In this document: one piece after another, positions 13,860 through 26,779 of the stretch
Layout of the letters: each line of letters starts with the position of its first letter
Numbering within the stretch: the stretch's first letter is position 1
NCBI GenBank assembly: GCA_964016885.1
Contig: OZ024764.1
Span: 6,448,001 to 6,512,000 of the forward strand
Direction: 5' to 3'
From: Eledone cirrhosa
Taxonomy: Eukaryota
DNA length: 64,000 nucleotides
Program-made: the position numbers and the translations under genes
The notes under the pieces: generated by a model
Database searches by the model: none
Seen by the model: the letters and a program-made list of their open reading frames with translations, nothing else
Told to the model about the DNA's origin: nothing

Positions 13860-14495
13860 ATGATGTGGTGGTGGTGGTGGTGGTGGTAGTGGTGGTGGTG
13901 GTGGTGGTAGTGATGTTATGGTGGTGGTGATGGTGGTAGTGGAGGTAGTGATGGTGTGGTGGTGGTGGTAGTAGTGGTGTGGTGGTAGTGGTGGTGATGT
14001 TATTATGGTGGTAGTGATGTTATGGTGGTGGTGGTGTGGTGGTAGTGATGTTATGGTGGTGGTGGTGTGGTGGTGGTAGTGATGTTGTGGTGGTGGTGGT
14101 GGTGCTGGTGTGGTGGTAGTGATGTTATGGTGGTAGTGGTGGTAGTGATGGTGATAGTGGTGGTGGCAGTGGTTATTATGATGATGGTTGTGGTGATAGT
14201 GGTGTAGTGGAGGTAGTGATGGTGTGGTGGTGGTGGTGGTAGTGGTGGTGATGTTATTATGGTGGTAGTGTAGTGGTGGTAGTGATGTTATGATGCTAGT
14301 GGTGTGGTGGTAGTGATGTTATGGTGGTGGTGGTGTGGTGGTGTTGATGTTGTAGTGGTGTGGTGGTGGTGTTGATGTTATAGTGGTAGTGGTGTGGTGG
14401 TGGTGTTGTAGTGGTATGGTGGTGGTGTTGTGGTGTTAGAGGATGTAGAAGTGTGGGTGGTTGTAATGGTGGTGGCGTGTGGTGGTGGTGGTGAT
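13860..14495. repeat. (GGT/AGT/GAT)n low-complexity tract
   Basis: Direct reading. Confidence 0.9.
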
Positions 14496-15034
14496 GGAAG
14501 CTGCCCGTGGGGGAGGGTTGGGCTGCTGTTGTTTTCTTAATTGTTTTTCTTTCTTTTCTTTTGGCTGATTGGAGGGGAGGGGGTTGGTCCTCTTCTTCCT
14601 CAGCTATCTTCCTTTCCTCTTCCATAACATTACCCACACCGCCGCCACCACCCTCCTCTACTCCACCTCCCCACCACCACCCCCTCCTCTCAGGAGAAGC
14701 AACATTTGTGTCAATGAGGCATACCTTCCTATGTTGTTGATGATGATGTTGTTGTTGTTGTTGGTGTTGAGCTTGATGGTGGTGGTGGTGGTGGTGTTGA
14801 TCTTGGTGGTGGTGGTGATCGTGTAGTAGTTGTTGGTGGTGGTGGTGGTCTTGGTGGTGGTGATGTTGGTGGTGGGGCGGTTTGTTGTGGAGGGGGTCGG
14901 TGGGGGAGTTGATCTTATTGTTGTTGATGTTACTGTTGTTGTTGCATAACAAAGTTCTTTCTTCATATAGTGCAGAGAGAGAGAGAGAAGGAAACAGAGG
15001 CAAAGAGAAAGAGGGGGGGTGAAGGAAAGAAAGT

Positions 15035-15065
<31 letters not shown>

Positions 15066-15231
15066 GGTGGGTAGGAGTGAGAGGAGTACCCGGAAAGAAT
15101 GCTGAAATGATCATGGGATTAAGGTTGGTGTAGTGTGTGGTGGGTGTGGCTGTGGGGATGAGTGACAGACAATGGCAAGGATAGTTGCTATGTACTGTAG
15201 AGAGGGGGGGGGGGTTGCCGCTATATATATA

Positions 15232-15266
<35 letters not shown>

Positions 15267-15306
15267 GTGTGTGTTTGTGTGTATATGTGTGTGTTTGTGT
15301 GTATAA

Positions 15307-15338
<32 letters not shown>

Positions 15339-15971
15339 ATATATATATGTGTGTGTGTGTATGTGTGTGCGTGTGTGTGTACATATATATGTGTGTGTGT
15401 ATGTGTGTGCGTGTGTGTACATATATGTGTGTGTGTATGTGTATGTGTGTGCTTGTTGGCCTTTTTTTCATGCTTGCATGGGTTAGACACTTATCTACTT
15501 ACACACATACATATATATATATATATACACACACACACATATACATACATACATACATACACACACACACATACATATATATATACACACACACATACAT
15601 ATATATATATGTATATATCATTATATACACACATATATATGTATATATACACACACACATATTTATATATATAATAATGTTTAGGAAGTTAGCTGTGAGT
15701 GAATGATAGCTCTAAGTGTGAGGGGTGGTGGGGTAGAAGAGGGTGTGTGGGGGTGGGGGAAGAATGAATGATGAGTTAATATATAGACATAGAAAAGTAG
15801 GTAGATTTACACAGACAGGTAGATAGGTGTGTGTACCTCTAGATATATAAGGACATTCCTGATTTCATAGGAATGAAACAGTTCTAGTCCTGTACAAGTC
15901 ATTTCTATTTAAAATAAAGATGCATTTTTAAACTGTTGTTACATCCTTATATATATATATGTATATATGTA

Positions 15972-16275
15972 TGTAAAAGGTAAACAGAAATAACAACACA
16001 ATCAGTACAGTATATGGAAGGTATATATTAGGTTAACGCTTGAGATAGCAGGAAGAGGGTCTTAACGTTTCGGACGCTAGTCCTTCATCAGAAGAAAGAA
16101 TGAGAAATAAAATACATTGAGGGGACGGGCGGGTTGGAATTGGAAAAAATGTCTTTAGATAAAAAATAACAGGTCCATTCATGTTGACATCTCTTGGTAA
16201 ACTGTTGGTGCTGGCGTTTTGTGTATAATTTATTTTTTAGAAAAGTGGATGATGGAGCGCGTCTACCTGAAATGG
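15972..16275 (-). mobile_element. Penelope-like pseudo-LTR module family B
   Basis: Near-identical to 32282-32561 and, in part, 25785-25907; carries hammerhead core; TA-repeat flank. Confidence 0.7.
16060..16095 (-). ncRNA. Minimal hammerhead motif, family B (palindromic AACGTT stem III)
   Basis: RC: tctt CTGATGA a ggac-tagc-gtcc GAAAC GT T aaga. Confidence 0.65.
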
Positions 16276-16497
16276 AAAAAAAAAAACGTTTTGTAAAAAG
16301 AGCTATACTTGAGCGCGTGTGTAAGCATGTGTGTGTGTGTGTTATTATACGTCCGTACGAAGCTAAGAAGAAATGTGTGTGTGTATATGTGATATATATA
16401 TATATATATATATATATAGTAAATTAACAGAGCAAAAGACTCGCGTATAATCCTGTAATTAAATCAGCTCAAAGGAAAGAGTTTTCCTGGGCACTTT

Positions 16498-16593
16498 AAT
16501 ATATAGAGAGGGGAAAAAGACCGAAGAGTGTGTTATCCTTGAAATTCCTGTAAAGGAAAACACACTCTTCAGTGTTTTTCCCCTCTATATATT
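16498..16593. repeat. Imperfect ~43-bp inverted repeat (fold-back)
   Basis: aatatatagagaggggaaaaagaccgaagagtgtgttatcctt / aaggaaaacacactcttcagtgtttttcccctctatatatt. Confidence 0.75.
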
Positions 16594-16613
16594 GTGTATA
16601 TATATATATATAT

Positions 16614-16961
16614 GGAGGCACATGGCTTAGTGGTTAGAGCATTGGGCTTACTATCGAGAGGTTGTGAGTTCAATTCTAAGACTGGGTGATGTATTGTTTC
16701 CTTGAGCAAGACACTTTATTTCACATTGCTCCAGTTTACTCAGCTGTAGAAATGAGATGATAGGGACTGGGGTCCCTATCATTCCACTGTAAAGTGGTCG
16801 TGGAGGTGCCACGGCAAAAAAGCACCCAGCACTCACTGTAAATGAGGTTGGTGTTAGGAAGGGCATCCAGCTGTAGAAATCAAGCCAGAATCAGTTCCTG
16901 TCGCACCCTTGCAAGCAGGGAAAAGCGGACGTATGATGATGATGATGATGATGATGATGAT
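16614..16961 (+). mobile_element. tRNA-derived SINE (family 1), full length
   Basis: A box tggcttagtgg, B box gagttcaattc, core ccttgagcaagacactt, RTE-like tail ccttgcaagcagggaaaagcggacgta(tga)n. Confidence 0.9.
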
Positions 16962-17270
16962 ATGTGTGTGTGTGTGTGTATACCAATCTCACCTCAAGTG
17001 GGACAAAACCGTTCAACCCACGATAGCGTGGTAGATGGACATCAAACAATGATATATATACATGTATGTCTATATATATATATATATGTGTGTGTGTGTA
17101 AGATGGTAGTGCTGGTACCATGACAAAAAGCACCATGTCCACCCTGCAGTGCTGGGATCTTGCAAAACGGCTTCCAGTATGTACTGTAATCTGGTTGTTA
17201 TGACGAAGGGCATCCAGCCATTAAAAAATCTATATACATGCATAAACACACACACACATATATATATATT

Positions 17271-17783
17271 CTGTTGACGAAGAAGGGTTTCTCCCTGCAT
17301 ACGAAAGGCCGGTTGTATGATGCCTGTGTGAGGAGCGCGATGCTGCATGGTAGTGAGACATGGGCAGCAACTGCAGAGGATATGCGACGGCTGGAGAGAA
17401 ATGAGGCAAGCATGCTCCGTTGGATGTGCAGTGTAAATGTGCGTGAACGACCCAGCATAAATGTGTTGAGAGAGAAACTGTGTCTGAGAGGGATAGAATG
17501 TAGTGTGCGGGAGAGGAGACTGAGGTGGTATGGACATGTGATGCACATGGAGGATGACCGATGGGTGAAGAAGTGCCAGGAACTGCCAGTTGAAGGAAGA
17601 CGTGGTAGAGGTAGACCACGAAAAACATGGGCGGAGGTGGTGAGAACAGACCTCAGATCATTGAAGCTCACGGTGGAGATGACGAGGGACCGTGACGAGT
17701 GGAGAGATGCTGTGCTGAATAAGACCCGTCCCACTCTTGCAAGCAGGGAAAAGCGGACGTAAAATGATGATGATGATGATGAT
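17271..17783 (+). mobile_element. RTE-clade LINE 3' fragment (intact ORF C-terminus, 5' truncated)
   Basis: KGRLYDACVRSAMLHGSETW...RRLRWYGHV...GRGRPRKTW...DRDEWR; (GAT)n tail. Confidence 0.92.
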
Positions 17784-17933
17784 ATATATATATGTGTGTG
17801 TGTGTGTGTGTATAATTAAGGATTGCAATGTCCAGTTACTGTAAGTTCACCAGAGCGAATATTCGGTAAAACACCAGAGCTGATCAATCACAAAACGCAT
17901 ATCACTACTCAAACATAATATTATTATTATTAT

Positions 17934-18203
17934 TGGTGGATTGGCAGTATCAGTAGAGGGTCGGACGTCATGCTTTGCAGCATAGAGTTACGGCCCTTTA
18001 TGATCTGAGTTCAAATCCTGCCGAGGTTAACTTTGCCTTTCATCCTTACGGGGTCGATAAAAAATAAAAGTACCAGTAATACACTGGGGTAATTGCTGGC
18101 CTTGTGCCAAAAGTAGAAACAATTATTACGGGGTCGATAAAATAAGTACCAGTAATACACTGGGGTAATTGCTGGCCTTGTACCAAAAAGTAGAAACAAT
18201 TAT
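17934..18203 (+). mobile_element. SINE family 2 (tRNA head, Meta-domain-like core) with duplicated 3' end
   Basis: gagttcaaatcc B box; gccgaggttaactttgcctttcatccttacggggtcgataaa; second copy at 51030-51200 (-). Confidence 0.75.
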
Positions 18204-18227
18204 TATATATATATATATATATAAATA

Positions 18228-18350
18228 TCATCATCATTATTTTACGCCCGCTTTTCCCTGCTTGGAGAGATGCTGTGTTGAGTAGGACCCATCCTATTCG
18301 TCACGGTCCTTCGTCATCTCCTCCGTGAGCTTCAGCGATCTGAGGTCAGT
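18228..18350 (-). mobile_element. RTE LINE 3'-end fragment
   Basis: Reverse complement similar to 17650-17780. Confidence 0.7.
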
Positions 18351-18382
18351 GATGCTGAGAGCAAGGCGACCACTAATCATGG

Positions 18383-18613
18383 GAGTACTCAATACGTGGG
18401 GAGATGTAGAGTGGCTAGAAAGATGTGTAAAATGCTAACCATGGCGCCATGCTGTCTCGGCCTAATATATATGAGGACTCAGAAATAGCCGTCGAAACGG
18501 CTTGAGTTCTGCCGTCGGGGTCATACTTTCTCCTATTAGCCACTCTACTACCCTAAGTATTGAGTACTCTGGTGCGTTATGGTCCATCTGGTTCCTTACC
18601 ACAACTCCTTCGT
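18383..18613 (+). mobile_element. Penelope-like module family E with 5'-truncated hammerhead (GUC) and flanking IR 18383-18417 / 18537-18569
   Basis: (ctg)ATGA g gac...gtc GAAA cggc-ttgagttct-gccg TC ggggt; related pieces at 40275-40370, 52981-53040, 59091-59115. Confidence 0.55.
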
Positions 18614-18675
<62 letters not shown>

Positions 18676-19009
18676 CACACACAAGTTGGGTGTATAAAAC
18701 CTTGCAGGCCATTTCATTTATCAGGATCTTATATACTGAAAATGTTTGACTATTTTATAGTTAAACCTGCGTTGTTGCAGCTTACAGTACACTAACTTAG
18801 TTTCAATATATGTGTCTTAGTGTGTGTGTGTTACTGACTTTCTGTGTGTGACTGTGTGTGTGTGTGACTGTGTGTGTGTGTGACTGTGTGTGTGTGTGAC
18901 TGTGTGTGTGTGAGTGTGTTTAGAGAGCGGTGGTGGGGGGAGAGAACAAAGAATCGCCTTAAGATTTAATTTGTCTTAAAAATACAGTTATTGTTGTATT
19001 ATGAGTTTA

Positions 19010-20330
19010 GTGGTGTTAGGGTGGTGGTGGTGGTGGTAGGTGGTGGTGGGTGGTGGTGTTAGGTTAGGGTGGTGGTGGTGGTGGTAGGTGGTGGTGGGTG
19101 GTGGTGTTATGTTAGGGTGGTGGTGGTGGTGTTAGTGTTAGGTTATGGTGGTGGTGTTATGTTAGGGTGGTGGTGGTGGTGTTAGGTTAGCGTGATGATG
19201 GTGGTGGTGGTGGTGGTGTTAGGTTAGGGTGGTGGTGGTGGTGGTAGGTGGTGGTGGGTGGTGGTGGGTGGTGGTGTTATGTTAGGGTGGTGGTGGTGGT
19301 GGTAGTGTTAGGTTATGGTGGTGGTGTTATGTTAGGGTGGTGGTGGTGGTGTTAGGTTAGCGTGATGATGGTGGTGGTGGTGGTGGTGTTAGGTTAGGGT
19401 GGTGGTGGTGGTGGGGTTTGTTAGAGTGAGGTGGTGGTGGTGGTGTTGTTGGTGTTAGAATGTGGTGGTGTTGTTGGCGGTGGTAGTTCTGGCAGAGGTG
19501 TTCTGGTGTTCTGGTGTTCGGGTGTGGTGGTGGTGGTGTGTTTGTATAATTATCCTAGATTTAAAAGATTGGGAGGTTGAGGTGTGGTGGTGGTGGTGTT
19601 GATGGTGGTGGTACTAGTGGTAGTGTTGATGGTGGTGGTTGTGGTAGTAGTGTTGATGGTGGTGGTGTTGGTAGTAGTGTTGATGGTGGTGGTGGTAGTA
19701 GTGTTGGTGGTGGAGGTGGTGGTGTTGGTAGTAGTGTTGATGGTGGTGGTGGTAGTAGTGTTGGTGGTGGAGGTGGTGGTGTTGGTAGTAGTGTTGATGG
19801 TGGTGGTGGTGGTAGTAGTGTTGATGGTGGTGGTGTTGGTAGTAGTGTTGGTGGTGGAGGTGGTGGTGTTGGTAGTAGTGTTGATGGTGGTGGTGGTGGT
19901 GGCAGTAGTGTTGATGGTGGTGTTGGTGGTGGTGGTAGTAGTGTTGATGGTGGTGGTAGTAGTGTTGATGGTGGTGGTGGCAGCAGTGTTGATGGTGGTG
20001 GTGGTGGTGGCAGTAGTGTTGATGGTGGTGGTGGTGGTGGTAGTAGTGTTGATGGTGATAGTGGTGGTGTTGGTAGTAGTGTTGATGGTGTAGGTGGTGG
20101 TGTTGATGGTGGTGGTGGTGGTGGTAGTAGTGTTGATGGTGATAGTGGTGGTGTTGGTAGTAGTGTTGATGGTGTAGGTGGTGGTGTTGATGGTGGTGGT
20201 GGTGGTGGTAGTGTTGATGGTGATAGTGGTGGTGTTGGTAGTAGTGTTGATGGTGGTGGTGGTGGTAGTGTTGATGGTGATAGTGGTGGTGTTGGTAGTA
20301 GTGTTGATGGTGGTGGTGGTGGTGGTGGTG
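19010..20330. repeat. GGT-based low-complexity/minisatellite tracts
   Basis: Direct reading. Confidence 0.9.
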
Positions 20331-20439
20331 AGAAGTGTTTGTTTTAGTGGTGTTGGGTGTTAAAGATGATTCCAACGGTGATGGTGAAGGTGGTGGTGGT
20401 GTTGGTGGGAGTGGTGGTGACGTGGGGGAAGTGAGGCTG

Positions 20440-21124
20440 GTGGTGGTGGTGGTGGTGGTGGTGGTGTCGCCAGTGGTGGTGGTGGTGGTGGTGGTGTCGC
20501 CAGTTGTGGTGGTGGTGGTGGTGTCGCCAGTTGTGGTGGTGGTGGTGGTGTCGCCAGTGGTGGTGGTGGTGGTGGTGGTGTCGCCAGTTGTGGTGGTGGT
20601 GGTGGTGTCGCCAGTTGTGGTGGTGGTGGTGGTGTCGCCAGTGGTGGTGGTGGTGGTGGTGGTGTCGCCAGTTGTGGTGGTGGTGGTGGTGTCGCCAGTT
20701 GTGGTGGTGGTGGTGGTGTCGCCAGTTGTGGTGGTGGTGGTGGTGTCGCCAGTTGTGGTGGTGGTGGTGGTGTCGCCAGTTGTGGTGGTGGTGGTGGTGT
20801 CGCCAGTTGTGGTGGTGGTGGTGGTGTCGCCAGTTGTGGTGGTGGTGGTGGTGTCGCCAGTTGTGGTGGTGGTGGTGGTGTCGCCAGTTGTGGTGGTGGT
20901 GGTGGTGTCGCCAGTGGTGGTGGTGGTGGTGGTGTCGCCAGTGGTGGTGGTGGTGGTGGTGTCGCTAGTTGTGGTGGTGGTGGTGGTGTCGCCAGTTGTG
21001 GTGGTGGTGGTGGTGTCGCCAGTGGTGGTGGTGGTGGTGGTGTCGCCAGTGGTGGTGGTGGTGGTGGTGTCGCCAGTGGTGGTGGTGGTGGTGGTGTCGC
21101 CAGTGGTGGTGGTGGTGGTGGTGG
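20440..21124. repeat. 24-27-bp minisatellite (ggt)n-gtcgccagtt
   Basis: gtcgccag recurs at ~24-bp spacing. Confidence 0.95.
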
Positions 21125-21409
21125 AGTGTTTCATGCTTTGAAAAAAAAAAGGTTTAGTGTATTCTTTTTTGCCCCCCAGGAAGAGACACTCTCTACCTGT
21201 GTGTGTGTCTGCGTCTGTGTGTGTGTGTGTGTGTCTGCGTCTGTGTGTGTGTGTGTCTGCGTCTGTGTGTGTGTCTGTATATGTGTGTGTGTGGGGGTGT
21301 ATATGTGTTGAAATGTAGGTGAGAGAGACGGCGTGGGGCTTGAGGTGGAGAAGGAAGTGGTGTAAAATGCACATATTTGTGTGTGTGTGTATTTATACAC
21401 ACACACACA

Positions 21410-21631
21410 AATATATATATATATATGTATATATATATATGTATATATGTATGTATGAATATATATATATGTATGTATGTATATATATATGTGTATATAT
21501 ATATATATGTATATTTATGTATATATATATGTATGTATATATATTTATATATGTATATTTATGTATATATATATATGTATGTATATATATATGTATATAT
21601 ACATATGTATATTTATGTATGTATATATATG

Positions 21632-21669
<38 letters not shown>

Positions 21670-22215
21670 AATATATTGGAACTGGACTAATTATATAGAC
21701 AGATTAGCAAGTTTATGATTCAAGTGTCTTTACAAATGTAATATATATATATATGTGTGTGTGTGTCTCTCTATATAGATGTATATGTGTCTCTCCCTAT
21801 ATATATATATATGTGTGTGTGTCTCTCTCTATATATATGTATATGTGTCTCTCCCTATATATATATATATGTGTGTGTGTCTCTCTCTATATAGATGTAT
21901 ATGTGTCTCTCCCTATACATATATATATATGTGTGTGTGTGTCTCTCTATATAGATGTATATGTGTCTCTCCCTATACATATATATATATGTGTGTGTGT
22001 CTCTCTCTATATATATGTATATGTGTCTCTCCCTATATATATATATATATATATGTGTGTGTCTCTCTATATATATATGTATATGTGTCTCTCCCTATAC
22101 ATATATATATATGTGTGTGTGTGTCTCTCTATATAGATGTATATGTGTCTCTCCCTATACATATATATATATGTGTGTGTGTCTCTCTCTATATATATGT
22201 ATATGTGTCTCTCCC

Positions 22216-22246
<31 letters not shown>

Positions 22247-22629
22247 CTCTCTATATATATATGTATATGTGTCTCTCCCTATACATATATATATGTGTGT
22301 GTGTGTCTCTCTCTATATATATGTATATGTGTCTCTCCCTATATATATATATATGTGTGTGTGTCTCTCTCTATATATATGTATATGTGTCTCTCCCTAT
22401 ATATATATATATATGTGTGTGTCTCTCTCTCTATATATATGTATCTCTCCCTATACATATATATATATGTGTGTGTCTCTGTGTATATATATGTATATGT
22501 GTCTCTCCCTATACATATATATGTGTGTGTCTCTGTGTATATAGATATGTGTGTGCGTGTTTGTATGTATGTGTGTCTCTGTGTATATATATATGTATGT
22601 GTGTGTCTATATATATATGTATGTGTGTT

Positions 22630-22661
<32 letters not shown>

Positions 22662-22691
22662 CCTATATATATATATATGTGTGTGTGTGCC

Positions 22692-22722
<31 letters not shown>

Positions 22723-22723
22723 C

Positions 22724-22754
<31 letters not shown>

Positions 22755-22755
22755 C

Positions 22756-22786
<31 letters not shown>

Positions 22787-22817
22787 CTATATATATATAT
22801 ATATGTGTGTGTGTCTT

Positions 22818-22850
<33 letters not shown>

Positions 22851-23036
22851 CTCTCTGTGTTTACATATGTCTGTATATACACATATATATATATATATGT
22901 CTTTCGATTTCTCTGTATTTCTGTTTATATATGTGTATGTGTGTTATATATGTGTATATGTGTTTACACACATACACATACATACACACAAGTGCATATA
23001 TTGGCAGGCAGTCAATATACACCCAAATATACACAT

Positions 23037-23071
<35 letters not shown>

Positions 23072-23455
23072 CACACACACATACATGTACACACACACAC
23101 ATGTGCACACATATACATGTACACACACACACACATGTACACACATATACATGTACACACACACATGTACACACAGACACACATGTACACACATACATGT
23201 ACACACACACACATGTACACACACACATACATGTACACACACACACACATGTACACACACATACATGTACACACACACACACATGTACACACATATACAT
23301 GTACACACACACACATGTACACACACACATGTACACACACATACATGTACACACACACACACACACACACATGTACACACACATACATGTACATGCACAC
23401 ACACACATACATGTACACACATATACATGTACACACACACACATGTACACACATG
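21410..23455. repeat. Compound TA/TG/CA microsatellites with higher-order units
   Basis: gtatatgtgtctctccctata and catgtacacac units. Confidence 0.9.
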
Positions 23456-24172
23456 TATTGTCAGATTTAAATATATAAAATAACATTCATTTTAAAAACC
23501 ACCACATTTCCAACACCACACCACACCACAGTAGCGACAACACCACACCACACCACACCACACCACCACAACAACAACAGCAACCACACCACACCACACC
23601 ACACCACCACAACAACAACAGCAACCACACCACACCACACCACAACACCAACATGACCACACCAACACCAACACACCAACACCACAACACCACAACACCA
23701 ACATTACCACACCAACACCAACACCACCACAACACCAACATGACCACACCACCACACCAACACCACACCACCACCACAACACACCAACACCAACATTACC
23801 ACACCAACACCACACCACCACCACAACACACCAACACCAACATTAACACCAACACCACAACACACCAACACCAACATTACCACACCAACAACACCACCAC
23901 AACAACACCACACCACAACAACACCACACCACGCCAACACCACACCACGCCAACAATACCACTCAACCATTGCTACAACACTACAAGCCTCACTGTGACA
24001 CACACCACCATCTCTACCACTAGACACCACACCACACTGCAGCTCTTAACAGTACCACACCAGACAACCCATCATTTCTGTGTCCTCTACTTTATTGCTA
24101 GACTGGTTGACCTCATGTCGTTTATGTCAGGAAGTGGGTTGTGTTCTTCAGCAAGACACTTCACTCCTATGA

Positions 24173-25173
24173 GAAACCTCCTATGAGATACAACCTTGTA
24201 GGAGGCCAGCTAAACCTACATAGGTGTGAGTTGTAACAACATGATAGGACTGGGGTCCCTATCATTAAAAGACCGAAGAAACCTCCTATGAGATACAATC
24301 TTGTAGGAGGCCAGCTAAACCTACATAGGTGTGAGCTGTAACAACATGATAGGACTGGGGTCCCTATCATTAAAAGACCCAAGAAACCTCCTATGAGATA
24401 CAACCTTGGAGGAGGCCAGCTAAACCTACATAGGTGTGAGCTGTAACAACATGATAGGACTGGGGTCCCTATCATTGAAACACCCAAGAAACCTCCTATG
24501 AGATACAATCTTGTAGGAGGCCAGCTAAACCTACATAGGTGTGAGCTGTAACAACATGATAGGACTGGGGTCCCTATCATTAAAAGACCCAAGAAACCTC
24601 CTATGAGATACAACCTTGGAGGAGGCCAGCTAAACCTACATAGGTGTGAGCTGTAACAACATGATAGGACTGGGGTCCCTATCATTGAAACACCCAAGAA
24701 ACCTCCTATGAGATACAATCTTGTAGGAGGCCAGCTAAACCTACATAGGTGTGAGCTGTAACAACATGATAGGACTGGGGTCCCTATCATTAAAAGACCC
24801 AAGAAACCTCCTATGAGATACAACCTTGGAGGAGGCCAGCTAAACCTACATAGGTGTGAGCTGTAACAACATGATAGGACTGGGGTCCCTATCATTGAAA
24901 CACCCAAGAAACCTCCTATGAGATACAATCTTGTAGGAGGCCAGCTAAACCTACATAGGTGTGAGCTGTAACAACATGATAGGACTGGGGTCCCTATCAT
25001 TAAAAGACCCAAGAAACCTCCTATGAGATACAACCTTGGAGGAGGCCAGCTAAACCTACATAGGTGTGAGCTGTAACAACATGATAGGACTGGGGTCCCT
25101 ATCATTGAAACACCCAAGAAACCTCCTATGAGCTACAACCTTGTAGGAGGCCAGCTAAACCTGCATAGGTGTG
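24173..25173. repeat. 105-bp tandem repeat (~9.5 copies) with 210-bp higher-order dimer, SINE-derived
   Basis: gaaacctcctatgag at 24173, 24278, 24383...; alternating variants; contains the SINE hairpin atgatagg(g)actggggtccctatcat. Confidence 0.92.
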
Positions 25174-25460
25174 ATGAGCTGGCAATTTCCAGTTTTGTTT
25201 TTATGTCAGGAATCTGGTCAAGATATAAAAGATCTGATTGTCACCCTGTTGGGTTTCTAGCAAACACTGCCTCATAACTGCTTTGGTGGTGATGGGAGCC
25301 AGTTAAGGTGCAGATGGACCTGATCATATAACAGGTTGTACTGGGTCGTGTCACAAGTAGCACTCGTGAGTGTCCTTGCACAATTGGCTTGTATCATCAT
25401 CATTGTTTAACGTCCATCTTCCTCGCTAGCATGGGTTAGATGGTTTTTATATATATATAT

Positions 25461-25767
25461 GGTTAGAGCATTGTCCTTGCAATCGAAAGGTTGTGAGTTC
25501 AATTCTCAGACCCGGTGATGTGTTATTTCCTTGAGCAAGACACTTTATTTCACATTGCTCCAGTTTACTCAGCTGTAGAAATGAGATGATAGGGACTGGG
25601 GTCCCTGTCATTCCACGGCAAAAAAGCACCCAGCACTCACTGTAAATGAGGTTGGGGTTAGGAAGGGCATCCAGCTGTAGGAATCAAGCCAGAATCAGTT
25701 CCCGTCCCACCCTTGCAAGCAGGGAAAAGCGGACGTAAAATGAAATGATGATGATGATGATGATGAT
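25461..25767 (+). mobile_element. SINE family 1, slightly 5'-truncated
   Basis: Matches 16614-16961. Confidence 0.9.
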
Positions 25768-25784
25768 ATATATATATATATATA

Positions 25785-25902
25785 TTCTGATGAAGGACTA
25801 GCGTCTGAAACGTTAAGACCCTCTTCCTGCTATATCAAGTGATAAACTAATATATTCCTTCCATATACTGTACCGATTGTGTTGTTATTTCTGTTTACCT
25901 TT

Positions 25903-25907
<5 letters not shown>
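25785..25907 (+). mobile_element. Family B module beginning at its hammerhead (core 25787-25818)
   Basis: tt CTGATGA a ggac-tagc-gtct GAAAC GTT aaga; (TA)n on both sides. Confidence 0.7.
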
Positions 25908-25950
<43 letters not shown>

Positions 25951-25966
25951 CATATGTATATATATA

Positions 25967-26154
25967 GTGGAGGGAAGACGCAGTAGAGGAAGACCACAAA
26001 AAACATGGGCGGAGGTGGTGAGAGCAGACCTCAGATTGCTGAAACTCACCGACGAGACGACGAAGGACCGTGACAAGTGGAGAGATGCTGTGCTGAATAG
26101 GACCCGTCCCACCCTTGCAAGCAGGGAAAAGCGGACATAAAATGATGATGATGA
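25967..26154 (+). mobile_element. RTE LINE 3' fragment
   Basis: VEGRRSRGRPQKTWAEVVRADLRLLKL...SREKRT* plus (GAT)n. Confidence 0.88.
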
Positions 26155-26166
26155 TATATATATATA

Positions 26167-26516
26167 TCATCATCATTTCATCATCATCATCATCATTTCA
26201 TTTTACGTCCGCTTTTCCCTGCTTGCAAGGGTGGGACGGGAACTGATTCTGGCTTGATTTCTACAGCTGGATGCCCTTCCTAACACCAACCTCATTTACA
26301 GTGAGTGCTGGGTGCTTTTTTGCCGTGGCACCTCCACGACCACTTTGCAGTGGAATGATAGGGACTGGGGTCCCTATCATCTCATTTCTACAGCTGAGTA
26401 AACTGGAGCAATGTGAAATAAAGTGTCTTGCTCAAGGAAATAACACATCGCCTGGTCTGAGAATTGAACTCACAACCTTTCGATTGCAAGGCCAATGCTC
26501 TAACCACTAAGCCATG

Positions 26517-26517
<1 letters not shown>
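26167..26517 (-). mobile_element. SINE family 1
   Basis: Reverse complement of 16614-16961. Confidence 0.9.
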
Positions 26518-26547
<30 letters not shown>

Positions 26548-26779
26548 CCATGTACATAGATGTTTGTATGTGATGTGACGTTTGTTTGTGTGTGTATCTG
26601 TATGGCTGTAAGTGTGTCTATATATACACACTTATGTGTGTGTGTATATGTATGTGCACCAATGTATCTATGCCTCTGTGAGTGTCGATGTATGTGTGTG
26701 CGTGTGTGTGTGTAAATATGTGTATGTGTGTGCATCAATATATGTGTGTGTGTCAATATATGTGTATATGTATGCGTGT

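Noticed and set aside
16614-16690. tRNA gene
   Set aside because: A/B boxes belong to the SINE head; repeated about 9 times with the same body and tail.
19010-19420. Interstitial telomere (gttaggg motifs)
   Set aside because: Isolated TTAGGG within (GGT)n, not tandem.
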